64,000 nt of DNA from Mytilus trossulus (lineage: Eukaryota): the NCBI RefSeq assembly GCF_036588685.1, contig NC_086375.1, forward strand, positions 25,730,001-25,794,000, written 5' to 3'. The notes beneath the pieces are model-generated. The model did no database searches and was not told the DNA's origin. It saw nothing but the letters and a program-made list of their open reading frames with translations. How positions within the stretch are numbered: the stretch's first letter is position 1; every line of letters starts with the position of its first letter. Position numbers and translations under genes: made by a program. This document shows positions 49,557 to 62,490 of the stretch, piece by piece.

Positions 49557-51341
49557 ATTGCAAGTAATGTACCCCAATGTGAGCCATGTGCTGAAGTTGG
49601 GTCATACCTTGAAGCAACACGATGGTGCTACGAGTGTCAACAATGGTTTTGTGACAGTTGCAGAAATATCACAAACGTCTGACTGCTACTAAAGCACATA
49701 CTTTGCTATCAAAGATAGAATATGAAAAACTTCCAAATATGGCATCAGCTATCAGCAGAAAATGCCATAAACATTCCGATAAGCATCTTGAATTCTATTG
49801 TAATATTCATGTTACTGCTAAATGCTTTACTAGCATGAAAGAAGATCATTCGTTATACAAAAGCCATAGCAAACTAAAAGATGTTGCATCAGGAACCAAA
49901 ACGTCTGCAGCTGTCACAGACATAATGGCTACCTTAGAAGATTTTGTTGATGTCTTTGAAAAGCTACACAAAGATCGAAAGACTAATAAGGACAACCTAA
50001 AAGCAGCAAAAGATATTATTGATGCAAAAGTCCGGAACCTTCTTGATGAAAACCAAAAATATCTAAAACAGCTAGCAACTGACTTAAAATCAAAAGCACA
50101 TAAGAAATATACCACAGAAGCATCAGCTTTAGATTTAGAGATAAACAATTATAAAACCAAAAGGTCTGTTTTAGAGAAGAAATTATCTGATGTAAAAACA
50201 ATGGTGGAGTATGCATCAAATGAACAAATGGTTTTGTCTCTAGAAGACATGAACAGAGATGTTTCAAAACATGAAGAATACCTACAAAGTCTAGACGGAC
50301 ATGTATTCACAAAAAAACTTGCTGTTGATTTTAATTTGAATGCCCTGCGTTGAAGGGATACAGTGCGTTCCTTTGGACAGGTATCAGTTCAATCAAATGT
50401 CCAGCGAGGCTCGCTGCTACAAATAAAGCCATGGTGCCAACAAAAAACCCAGCAAAGTTAACAAATACATCTTCGATAGCGACGAGTTACAATAAGGTCC
50501 CCTCCTCTGATGTACGAAAAAAATCTGAAGCAAGACCATTTGGTGACACCTTTGTTCTAGTACGCCAATTTGCCATTCCGCAACCGAAAGCACAGAAAGA
50601 GAATGTTATAAGAGATATCAAATGCCTTCCTAATGGATACCTTGCAATGACCGATAGTGAAAATAGTCGAGTTCTTATTATTGATCAATATGGATTGACA
50701 ATGTTGGAAGAATCTCTTCAAGGAAGGCCAAGATGTCTTACTTTCACAAAAGATGGGAGAATTGCAGTAACGATGTTTGATCTGCAGAAAGTGCTCATCT
50801 GGAACCCATATCAACCATCAAAAAAAGAAAGCATTGATGTCCATGACGAGTGTACTGGGATTGCTTGTGTCAATAATATTTTGATCATTAACTGTCAAAG
50901 GAGGGGTCTTCTGTTGTATAATGTATTAGACACAAAAAGCAGAAGACTTATAGAGTACACTGGAAAATTGGACATACATGAATTTGGTGTAGATAATGTT
51001 TGTATTTTCAAGTCAAAAACAAACGACTTTATAACTTTGAAAATAAATTCAGGAGCTGAGAATGGACGTTTTAAAGTTTACTCTAAAATGCCATCATGTC
51101 TTGCAAAAGAAGACTTTGACAAATTCTACATTATCAATTCTTCAAATGCTGTAACAAAAATTGATACCAAATCATGTAAAAGTGGACTTGTTCTTGATGT
51201 GTCCTTGATGTAACAAACCACAGGCAATAGACTTTTGTCGAAAAATCTAGAGGTCTGATGTCATTTGAAAGTGTCAACAAATTTTACCTCTTTGTTGTTA
51301 ACAATGATGGTAGTTCTATTTTAATGTTTCAAAAAAAGTAA
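49557..51341 (+). pseudogene. B-box/B-box/coiled-coil/NHL-like beta-propeller (TRIM-like, RING-less) pseudogene
   Basis: ATT-GCA-AGT-AAT-GTA-CCC-CAA-TGT looks like a mutated MASNVPQC start. B-box 1 CEPC..ATRWCYECQQWFCDSC/QKYHKRL..TKAH is frameshifted near 49660; degenerate B-box 2 CHKHSDKHLEFYCNIH; coiled coil; frame break near 50350; propeller repeats (IRDIKCLPNGYLAMTD, GRPRCLT, ECTGIAC); stop at 51211-51213 before the apparent ancestral end LFVVNNDGSSILMFQKK* at 51341. Confidence 0.8.
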
Positions 51342-52415
51342 TAACTTTTGTCTGTTACATTTTGAATGATGTTTTCTTAAAAAAATAAAGAATAAAATTA
51401 TGTTCTTAATGCACCATGTTTGGTAGTTCTACTTTATTGTTTCAAAAAAAAGTAATGACTTTTGTCAGTGACATTTTGAATTTATGTTTGCCATCAGTCA
51501 TACCAAATAAAACCTTTATGATCTAAATGCAACATGATCGAAAAATCATTTAGGTTGCAGTCTTGTAATTGACTGCTCCATAGGCTTACATGTTAAGCAG
51601 CTGATCTGTGAAAATAAAAAATAAAAAAATGCTACATAGAAAAAAAATTTCATGTTCATATCATGTATGTACTAATGTGAAATTGTGATTTAATCGGAAA
51701 AAAAGGAGGTGTTGCCACGAAGATTAAAAAGTTACGCAATCCTGAAGTCAAAACATGTTTTTCTACTTTCTGTTTGCTATTTTTACTAGGCCGCACCACC
51801 TCCAGTAAACATGATATCCTTCCACTTTCCTGGATTGATACTCACAAAAGATGCAAGATTTTTTTTAAAAGTCAATATATATGTTTCAAATCAGCATAAA
51901 CCTATAATCAAAAAGAAAAATTTGAGTTCAGAAAAAAATTCAGAAAAAAATGCACTATTTTGTTTCCCTCCATGTTTTGACATGCACCGGAAATTGGAAT
52001 TGTAATACAAGACTGGTACCTATAAATATTACATATTTGCAAGCTTATCTTGGTGTTCGTTTAAACTTTCATAAAGATTCTTTTTTCTGATACTATAAAG
52101 CATGGTGACCATTTCATTTATTCAAATAAATCTTTGTTTTTTAAATATCCATTCATAAATAAAACTGTTCTTTACACTGCTGCTAAAACAGGAAACTATT
52201 TAATGTCTTTGTGGTAATCCTGAATATATTTTAAAAGGCACAAGCACATCCAAGTACTCTAAAATGACCATAATGGGAAATAATTATCACCCAATGTCGG
52301 ATGATAAATTCTCACACCTGTGCTTCTAGACATCACTGAATTCCTACGTAGCAGACGACTTGTAGGAATTCCAACATTTAACCATATACGGGTGTAAATA
52401 TGTTAATTTAGTAGG

Positions 52416-55400
52416 TCAAGTTGTGTCAATCATCAGTTTGTCGCACTTGTCCTTGAGGACACCACAGAATACTTCATAGTGATGATTGATACCTGGCTGT
52501 ACATGAAGTTTATATTTAGATCCTAAAGCACCCTCTGGATGTGAGCTTCCATAGAAAACCCTTGATATTCTGGAATGTACTAAAGCCATTGCACACCTAA
52601 AATAAAAATGATTTTGTCAACTATTGTTCATTGTATTTTGATTTGAACTGTAATTGTATAATACTGATTTTGTTGTGTTAAAAAAGGCATATTTCTTTAT
52701 TTGCCTTCTTATGGAATGTCCAGAACAGTATTTTGATTCGAACTGTAATTGTACACTAGTCTACTGGGTTTGCTGTGTTCTTAATTTGTCTTAATAAGGA
52801 ATGCTAAGAGCCAAATAATTGAGTACTGTAAATTCAGAAATTAATGTGAGGTTTTCTTTATTGCGAAAAATGAAACAGATTTGTTAACGAAATAATCAAA
52901 ACTCGCATTTGGAAATTTTTTATATGAATTAAACCAGATTTTTCTCACAATCGTAAAAAATAAAAAAACGCATTTAAGTCTTAAATGACAAAATCGCAAT
53001 AATAAATACACACAATTATTTCTGAATATGCAATAGCTTATACCATCTAGGAAAAATTTGTAAGGGTTCCGCGGAACCCAGTGTCTCGCCTATTTTTGCT
53101 GTAAATCTCAGACTCAACAACAATGAGGAAAAAAATCAATAAAAATATTCCTCTTGTTACTATTTTATGATTGTAAGAAAATCTAAGTCCATTTAAAACT
53201 AAATTACAGAAAAAACAGAGTAATCTTTTTACAAACTTTACTTCTGGATACAATCTTATGATCATAAATAAGCTTCTGTCCAAGTTTGGTACAAACCCAG
53301 GATAGTTTAAGAAAGTTATAAAAATTTAAAAAACTTTAACCACAGAGTGAATGTAATGGTTCCCCGCAGAAAAACTAAGTCCATTTAAAAGTAAAATATG
53401 GAAAAAATGGATTTAATTATTTACAAAATTTACTTCTGGATACTATCTTATGATCATAAACAAGCTTCTGTCCAAGTTTGGTACAAACCCAGGATAGTTT
53501 AAGAAAGTTATTAAAATTCTAAAAAATTTAACCACAGAGTGAATTTAATGTTTCCCTGCAGAAAAATCTAAGTCCATTTATAAGTAAAATATGGAAAAAA
53601 TGGAATTTTATTTTTACAAAATTTACTTCTGGATATTATCTTATGATCATAAACAAGCTTCTGTCCAAGTTTGGTACAAACCCAGGATAGTTGGAGAAAG
53701 TTATTAAAATTCTATAAACTTTAACCACAGAGTGAATGTTTTGTTTCCCCGCAGAAAAAACTAAGTCCATTTATAGTAAAATACGGAAAAAATGGAATTT
53801 TATTTTTACAAAATTTACTTCTGGATACTATCTTATGATCATAAACAAGCTTCTGTCAAAGTTTGGTAGAAATCCAGTATAGTTCAAGAAAGTTATTAAA
53901 ATTTCAAAAACTTTTAACCACAGAGTGAATATTTGTTGACGCCGCCGACGACGCCGACGCCGACGGAAAGTAGGATTGCTTAGTCTCGCTTTTTCGACTA
54001 AAGTCGAAGGCTCGACAATAATAAGGGTAAACTTTTTTGAAGCAGTTTCAGCCTTTATTTTTGTAAAATTCATTAAATTTGGTTATTAATTTGTCAAAAT
54101 GTTTGCACTGTGATTTCAAAGATTGAGGGTAAAATTCTTTTTTCATGGATGCATAATTTTGTGGCTGTGACAAATTCTGATTAAAAGTGTATACACAACT
54201 TGTATTTTATTATGCATGTTGTACTAAAGCTGAATTCTGGGTTATTTGATACCCGAGACCAATGAAAATGTGTACATATGTGTACATAACAACAATGTAT
54301 CCACAGTTACAAACCACCAAAAATGTCCAGTGGACATTTTATACCAGCAGCAGTATTGACCCAATTGTATATAGCTTAACTAAACTGTGCCTTTCCTTGA
54401 TTTTGTTATCAACTATTGTCAAGTCTAAACACATAAATACAAAATTTTCCTTGATATATTCAGCATTAATTGGTATTTTTTGTCATATAAACAGGCATAA
54501 AACAATACTCATAGATTACACATTTTGAAACAACTGCTATAGTCTATCAGCCTATAGCAGTTTCAAGAGAATTGTATTATCTTATAAAGGTGTAGCATAA
54601 CACTACATGGAGATAACAATCTAAAAATTAGCTTAACGTTTTATTTTTAAGGAATGATATTGCACTTTCAATGATAAAAATAAGTGTTTGTCAAACTGCT
54701 TTAAACCAAATGAAATATCTCTGATAATTGGTTGAAGTTTATTGTAATTTTATATTTTTGTCAAAGTGTCAAAGTTAATATTTTGTCAGTTCAAAGAAAA
54801 TAAAACGAGGCAAATTAGTTTTAATCAAGGTGTTTGGTACAAATTTAACACAACATATATGTATTTTAACACTTACATAATGCATGGTTCTGTAGTGACA
54901 TACAAATCATAACCAGTACATAAATAGGGGCCTGTTTTGTCTCCCTTCTCTATACCACAGGAATGTTTTTGTACAGAATTGCTCAAACATTTATCTGCAA
55001 AGTAAATCAAATATGCAACTAAAAACCCAACAGTACTTGTTATTAGAAGTCTCATGACGGGTACATTAAGTCTTGATCATATACCACAATGGATGACCAA
55101 ATAACAAGCAATGTGTCTTGTTTTACAGGAAAATTAGAATATTATCCCATTACGTTTGCAATTCATAGTATGGGAGCATGCCTAAATATAACAATGAAAA
55201 GATTTATAATACACATTTCATGGGATTATTGCTCAATCTAAACAACAAAAGTTTTATTTTTTAACTTATTTGATCAACCAAATAAGTTTTGCAATCCTGA
55301 TTCAAATATTATCAGTGCAATTTTTTCCACCAGATGAATTCAAGGATTTTTTTTTAGTAATTTTGTGTGTGTTGTAAATCTTCTTAAAAAAATCCTTACT

Positions 55401-58400
55401 TTTTAAAACATACCTGATAATCGCCACATTCCACCACCTTGTACTGTGGCCACCTGATCTATTTCCACCATTACAGCATGTTGGAGAGGATGTTTTCCTT
55501 GTCGTAGGTCACATGACTTTGCTATGATTGTGTCAGATTTAGGATCTACTATCACAGCTCCTATATGTACCTTAAAAAAATAATATACATGGCTTAAATC
55601 CGCAAACGAAAATGGAAAGCAATATTCCATTAAAAATGTATGTGGGAGGGTAGGAAGGGACTTTAAATATCCCTAGAATCAAGAACTATTTTTTAGATAA
55701 TTTTGCATAATGATAATAGACGTATACTGAAAAAAGACCCATGAGCCACTTTTGATAACTAAACTTCTCTTCCTACCCTCTCACATATGTTTAAATGGAA
55801 TATCCCTAATAATAATATGAAAAATGTTTAATTAACTTAAAGAAAAAAGAACATGGTTTATCAAAAACTCAAACTGATGTATACCTTAGTATTCAAAGGA
55901 CAAAAATCCCAATGTGATAAATTATTTTTAATATGTGCAGAGAACAATCTTATCTATAGAAAAAAAACCCAGAAAAACTACAGAATTAACAATGCTTGAA
56001 AGTTTAATATGGAGTGATGTTAAATTTATAATTTATTATCGTTTCCTCTCTAGAATCTGCATTGAAATTGATATAACAGTAAACCTTGTATAATGAAGAC
56101 TTGGCAACAGAAATGGCTTCTTCCATGTTCTTATAGATATGCCTGACTTCTTCTGCACTGAAAAAACTTCTGTTCAAAAGTCTAGTTATCCTGTAAACAA
56201 AGATAAACCTATCTTAAAGTAAATATCCCTTTCTCATTCTAAATGATTAACAGATTCTTCATGGAAATTCAAAAGTATTTGATTTTGCTCAAATCAAGGA
56301 AAACATAAATTTCACAGCATCATGGACCATACTGTACTGTCAAAGAAAAAACAAGTTTTTTGTCTGGATTTCGAATTTGGTTATTTTTTTCTTGATCATG
56401 TATTGTCATTTTCAAAGTCTGAGTGTTTGAATGAATAGTTTGGTTTTGATGTTTGCGGGAAATTGTTGGTTAATGGTTTTAAAGTGCATGTCTTACAATA
56501 AATTATTCAGTGACAAATCTTGTTTCTACGGTTAGGCCCCGTTAGGGTCAACTTTAAAAACAATGCAATAATAGTACTCTAATATATTCTTTTTATGCCC
56601 CACCTACGATAGTTCATCCATCTGTTAGTCCGTCTGTCCCACTTCAGGTTAAAGTTTTTGGTCAAGGTAGTTAATGATGAAATTGAAGTCCAATCAACTT
56701 GAAACTTAGTACACATGTTCCTTATGATATGATCTTTCTAATTTTTAAACCAAATTAAACTTTTGACCCCAATTTCACGGTCCACTGAACATAGAAAATG
56801 AAAGTGCATGTTTCAGGTTAAAGTTTTTGGTCGAGGTAGTTTTTGATGAAGTTGAAGTCCAATCAACTTGAAACTTAGTACACATGTTCCTAATGATATC
56901 ATCTTTCTAATTTTAATGCCTAATTATATTTTTTATCCAATTTCATGGTCCATTGAACATGGAAAATGATAGTGTAAGTGCAAGTGGGGCATCCGTGTAC
57001 TTTGGACACATTCTTGTTTATTTCAATAGAGATATTATACCTTTTATCTTCATGGAAACTACATGGCCAATATTGTACTGCATTGTTATACTGTTGTCTG
57101 GTCAAGGGAGGTAATTTGGGTACTTTTACCATGTATGGTTTACTAACATGACAATAGACTGGATTATTTTCACACAAATCTAACCAGGTATTAGTTAAGA
57201 AATCTTCTTTATAATTCTCAGCAACAATTATCTGCAATTCATTGGCTGAAATATAATTACACAACATAATAAAGTTTTTTGCATATTGCATAACCAATCT
57301 GTTCAAAACATAGCATTTGTCTTTTCTGTTTCAAAGTCAATTCAACAAATATCACATACAGGACTGAATATTTCATAAGATTATATGAGCAAGATGTTTT
57401 TCCTAAATTTTATTAAGGCAATTAAGAAATAAATTATATGAAACCAATATGGGGCCTTGGAGGCTGAATGGTCGCAGTAGTTACTTCTGTAATCACTAGC
57501 CAGTCAACACTGAGGTTGTAGGTTCCAATCCTGCTCTTGCGAGTGTACTTAACTCAAATCTCAATTGACTAGGATTATCAGTTTTATTATCAAAGGTCAG
57601 AGGATTTTCTCCGGGCACTCTGGCTTCAACCAGCAATAAAACTGGTCACCACAAAATAGCCTAAAGGTTAGAAAGAGGTGTTAAACACCAAATATCAATC
57701 AATCAATATGAAACGAATAAATAATATTTCAGGGCCTTTAAAGCTGACTATGCAGTATGTACAGGCCTTTGCTTATTGCTCAGGACTGTACAGTAACCTA
57801 CAGTTGTTTCTGTGTTATTTGGTCTCTTGTGGAGGGTTGTCTCATTGGCAATCATCTTCTTTTTTAAACATATATACTATTTCTTTTAGTTCTGGGAATT
57901 TTCTGTCTCGCTAATATCCAGTTTCCGTGTTTTTCCATCTATGAATAAATAAATATATATAACAATATTATCAATAAAACATTACCTTGATTTGTATTTG
58001 ATCTGACTCTTTTCAGGTGAGATAACTTGTCCAAAGGTAAATGTTTACAAATGTTTCTGAAAATAAAATTAATATTTTTTTTTTAAAAGAATACATAGTT
58101 GTACCATCACTTAAAAAATAAAAAAAATAAAACAGAAAGATAAAACTAACCAAGAATGTGTCCATAGTAGGTAAATGGATACCCTTTTTGCACTTCCATT
58201 TTTTATGTTCAGTGGAGCAAAACTCAAATTTTGCATTAAAATTAGAAAGATCATATCATAGAGAACATGTGTACTAATTTTCAACTTGATTGAACTTAAA
58301 CTTCATCTTAAATCTACCTTAACAAAAAAACTTCACTTTTTTTTAGTGCAACTTACTTCACTATTTCTGAGGTCTTCTTTTTGTCTTTTATTGTACACAC

Positions 58401-59709
58401 AAATATGTCAACTGCAAAATTAATAAATCAAATCAAAGTTTCTTAGAATCATAAACAACTGTTTTTATACGACCGCCAAAATTAAAATAACTTTTGAATA
58501 AGAGTATGGATCTCTATAATTGTTTACCAGAAGGTTCAATTCCACTAAAGGAAGGTTGGGATTGATTTTGAGGGGGCCCAAATTAATAATATTTTTAGTT
58601 TTCAAACAATAACTTATGTTTAAGTGTATGAATCTCTCTGAATTAAACCACATATTTCCATACCATGAAGGTATGGTTGATATTGACTGCGGGGGGTTAT
58701 ATCTCAAAATGTTCAGGAATTAGGGGCATAGAAGGGGAAAAACTAGGTATTTCTGGTCAAAAGACAATTAAGACAATTGAAAAGCAAGCAGTGTAAGGGA
58801 GGTAATTCTAAAACATTTAACATACAATGTCTAGTATGTTTGGATTTACCTCCCTTACACTACTTGTATAAGGTGAATGTTGTGTCCATACTTGCTCCAA
58901 CTGTTCAGGGTTTTATGTCTGTGGTTGAATAAAGCTGTGCCCTGTGGAGCACCTGGTTACATATATATTATTGGTGTTGTATTTTAAAAATTTACCTTTA
59001 AATCAGATGGACTTTTTTTTTAATAAAATTTTTTTTTCTAGAAAATATACACGAGAAAATTGAATCAAAATAAATGGGGAATGTGTCCATGGGACACAAA
59101 TGATTCCCCGGCTTGCATATATAATTATAAAGAGACATAACTCAACAACTGTAAAAGTGACACTTCATAAATTTGTACTTAATCTGTGTTTTGTGGTAAG
59201 AAGTATTGTGTAGAAGTTTCATAACATTTGATTGAGGCAAACTAAAGTTAGAGAATTGAAACAAAAAATTTCAGCAATTCTTCCATTTGTAAAGGGGTAT
59301 AACTCTAGAATGGTAAACATGACACTACCCAAATACAAACATGATCTGTGTTTTGTAGTAACAAGCACTGTATATAAGATTCAAAACTATTGGTGAGGCA
59401 AACTTCAGTTAGATAATGGAAACCAATTTTGGGACATACAGATGTACAGACAGACAAGGGTTAAACTTAATGCCCTGTCAACTTCGACAGGGGCATAATA
59501 ATTTTTTTTTCCAAAGATCTTAACCATGAAAGAACAAAATATTGTTAAATGAGAAATTATTCATACAAACCTAACTCAAGTGAACGATAATAAACATCAT
59601 CTAAAACTGCTTCAGGTTGTTTTATTATCAAAGTTGGTTCTCCAGTGAACTGTTTTTTTGAGCAGCTGGAACTGATATCATTATCACAGCAATTGCTCGC
59701 ATTTTCCAT
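52416..59709 (-). CDS. ADAT3: tRNA-specific adenosine-34 deaminase regulatory subunit ADAT3/Tad3 (343 aa)
   Basis: Exons 59571-59709 (ATG), 58357-58411, 57986-58056 (LSHLKRVR), 57041-57245 (VPKLPPLTRQQY...WPCSFHEDK), 56085-56190, 55414-55570 (IGAVIVDP..HPLQHAVM), 54877-54994 (YLCTGYDLYVTTEPCIM), 52416-52596 (CAMALVHSRISRVFYG..GALGSKYKLH..INHHYEVF). Phases are consistent, and HAV in place of catalytic HAE is diagnostic of ADAT3. Confidence 0.95.
53047..54018 (-). mobile_element. HINE family C with about 190-bp internal tandem repeats (plus-strand fragment 47815-48285)
   Basis: Terminal palindrome GGGTTCCGCGGAACCC, 4-5 core repeats, (GACGCC)n microsatellite, TTCGACTAAAGTCGAA IR; located in an ADAT3 intron. 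Confidence 0.75.
55619..55807. mobile_element. Small MITE with about 35-bp imperfect TIRs in an ADAT3 intron
   Basis: ATATTCCATTAAAAATGTATGTGGGAGGGTAGGAAG ... CTTCCTACCCTCTCACATATGTTTAAATGGAATAT. Confidence 0.55.
57450..57705 (+). mobile_element. tRNA-derived SINE (V-domain/RUDI-like)
   Basis: Degenerate A/B boxes, TTTTCTCCGGGCACTCTGGCTTC domain, (ATCA)n tail; TSD ATATGAAAC(C/G)AATA at 57436-57449 and 57706-57719. Confidence 0.7.
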
Positions 59710-62115
59710 GTTCTTGATCCAAAGTTCACCCCGTTAAGCCTTGACCTTTCATCTTAATCTACATCAGGATGGTGCACCTACTTTGGTTCTGAGTGCAAAT
59801 TTGATGAAGAAAAGGTATAAGTATTACAGTTATATTATATGTACCAAGTCAGGAATATGACAGTTGTTATCCATTCGTTTTATGTGTTTGGACTTTAGAT
59901 TTTGCCTTTTGATTTTTGATTTTCCTTTTTGAATGTTCCTCAGAGTTGATTATTTTTGTGTTTTTACTTTTTTTTTTTTTTATATATAATGTCAGATATT
60001 TGAATTTGATTAAATAATTCCCTTTGATAAATATAGTTCTGCACTTCTCCTAAAAAACTGTAAAAAGAAATTACCTATTTTTATGACCTTGACTTAAAGC
60101 ATATGTATGACCTCTTTTAGTATTACAGATTATATTTAATAATAATTCCCTTTGATTAATATGTTGAGTTCTGCACTTAAAACAAATTAAAAAGATAATT
60201 ACTTATTTATATGACCTTGACATTTAAGCCTATGACCTCAAAATATGTTTTTTTTGTCAATTAGAGAACCAGACATTTTAAACCACTAGTAACTCACACC
60301 TTTTTTTTTGTTTCTGTATTGTTATTAACAAAAGAATATACATGATAACAATTAGTGATTACATAATCACTGGATTATCATGATTACCAACTTAAGGATT
60401 ATCACAGTTTTACCTGTTACTAGCTTTTATACCCAGGCTATCATTTCAAAAAACACAAATCTGCACTTCCTACTTTAGATATGTTTCATTTATATTTCTC
60501 TGGTTTATAGAACAACACAATTTTTATGCAACACATTTGATTTTAGAAATGTTGGTTCATGGACTTGGGCACTGGGGTTCTGAAGACCCTTATAGCTATC
60601 TACAATATCATGAGTATGTATATATAAAAGTTAGTCTTCTCTTATAAGACAGTTTGTAAAGAATTTATTATATATTTAATTCTAGCAATTCATTAATTTT
60701 AGACATTAATTGTGATGTGGAGAAAAGTAATAAGAAGGTTCTTTTTATATTCTTATAGACTATTGTTTTGTATATATATACAATGTATGTATGTAATTAT
60801 GTCAGAAATGGATTTTAAAGAAATCAATGTGTTTTGGAACTATTACTAAAACATTAGCATAATTAGTCTTAAAGTGGAAAACTAAATATTCTTCTGAACT
60901 AGTTTTGAAACAAAGCATTTATTTTTCATCAGATTTTTGAAATGCATTTTGTGGATTACTCTTTAATATAGAAATCACATTTTTGGTCACTGGTACTGGA
61001 TATTGGGGTAATATTTCTCTTTATTCACAATTTTTTTGGGGCTTAATAATTAGTATTCTATAATCGTTTAACCCTTTATCAAGACCCTTTGCCATAATTG
61101 ACATTCAAAGTGCTCTTTGACCACCATTGGTACTCAAGATTTTCAAAAAAGAGGAGATGCAATATAAATTGGAAAATAATGAGGTTGTGGAGAACACACA
61201 AATTTTACATTTACATGTACTTTTTTTAATTTTCTATATTTAATAAATGTATAATCTATAATGTTTATACTGAATTAATATCAAGGATTCCCCCCCCCCA
61301 AAAAAAAACAACCAAACCAATGCATGCAGCCAGGTTGTAAAGCCTAAAATGTACACTTTCTGTTAGATGCACATGCAGGCACTCGTCTCAGAAAAAAAAT
61401 TCCTATAAACCTTTATATAGTGTTGTATAAAGGTATATAGGAAAAATATATTCTAAGACAAGTGACTGTGGTTAGATCATAAAAAAAAATCGACTGATTT
61501 TGACAAAATTGATGGAAAAGATAATTACTGAGGTGGGATAGGAGGGGTCCTGATCCCCATATCCCAGGCTTAAAAACATGAAATCCTGAGGTCCCAAACT
61601 TAAATAAAATAATTCCCAACTTCCCGAAATTAAAAAAAAAGAATTCCTGGATCCCGAAATCCCGAGCTTAAAAACACTCTATACCTGAGTCCTGATAAAG
61701 GTCCTGTCCCCCTCATTACTTGAGAACACTGACCAGCTGACGAATCACAATGATATTTTGACTATTTAAGCAAAGTAAAATTAAATAATTAATTATTAAA
61801 TAGCCAAAAATCACTGTTTGACTGCTGACGGTAAAGAGCATTCCTTCCCTCATACATGAACTTTCACTCTGCTGGCTAAATGTATTTTAATGACTAAAAG
61901 TAAAAATTGAAGTAAACTATTCAAAATGTTTACTTTTTTTTATTTCAAGATTCATATGACTTTAACCAAAAAAAAAAATTCCATTAATTATTATAAAGAA
62001 TAAGGTAATCTTAACTTAAAAAGTCATAATCATTAGTGATATGGCAGATTTTACAGTATTGTGTTCTGTCTCCTACTTTCATGTTGCTAACGTGACGGAG
62101 ACAAAAATGAGTAAA

Positions 62116-62490
62116 GTTAGCGACATTTGGACATGTCACATGAGCAACAACATCTTTAAAAGTTAAAATGTATGCACACAGTGATGTTTAATATATGCCT
62201 GGAGTAATAAAATTGTACAGTCTGGTTTAGAATTTCTAAATATACAGAATGTCATTTGCAGGTGTACTTTATATCAAATGAATACACAAGAAACCAAAAA
62301 AATAGTAACGTTAGCGACATTTGGACATGTCACATGAGCAACAACATCTTTAAAAGTTAAAATGTATGCAAACAGTGATGTTTAATATATGCCTGGAGTA
62401 ATAAAATTGTACAATCTGGTTTAGAATTTCTAAATATACAGAATGTCATTTGCAGGTGTACTTTATATCAAATGAATACACAAGAAACCA
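62116..62490. repeat. 194-bp direct tandem duplication
   Basis: 62116-62296 is nearly identical to 62310-62490. Confidence 0.85.

Noticed and set aside
49846-50814. Minus-strand ORFs
   Set aside because: Shadow frames of the TRIM-like pseudogene.
53828-54073. Poly-arginine ORF
   Set aside because: Translation of a HINE microsatellite.
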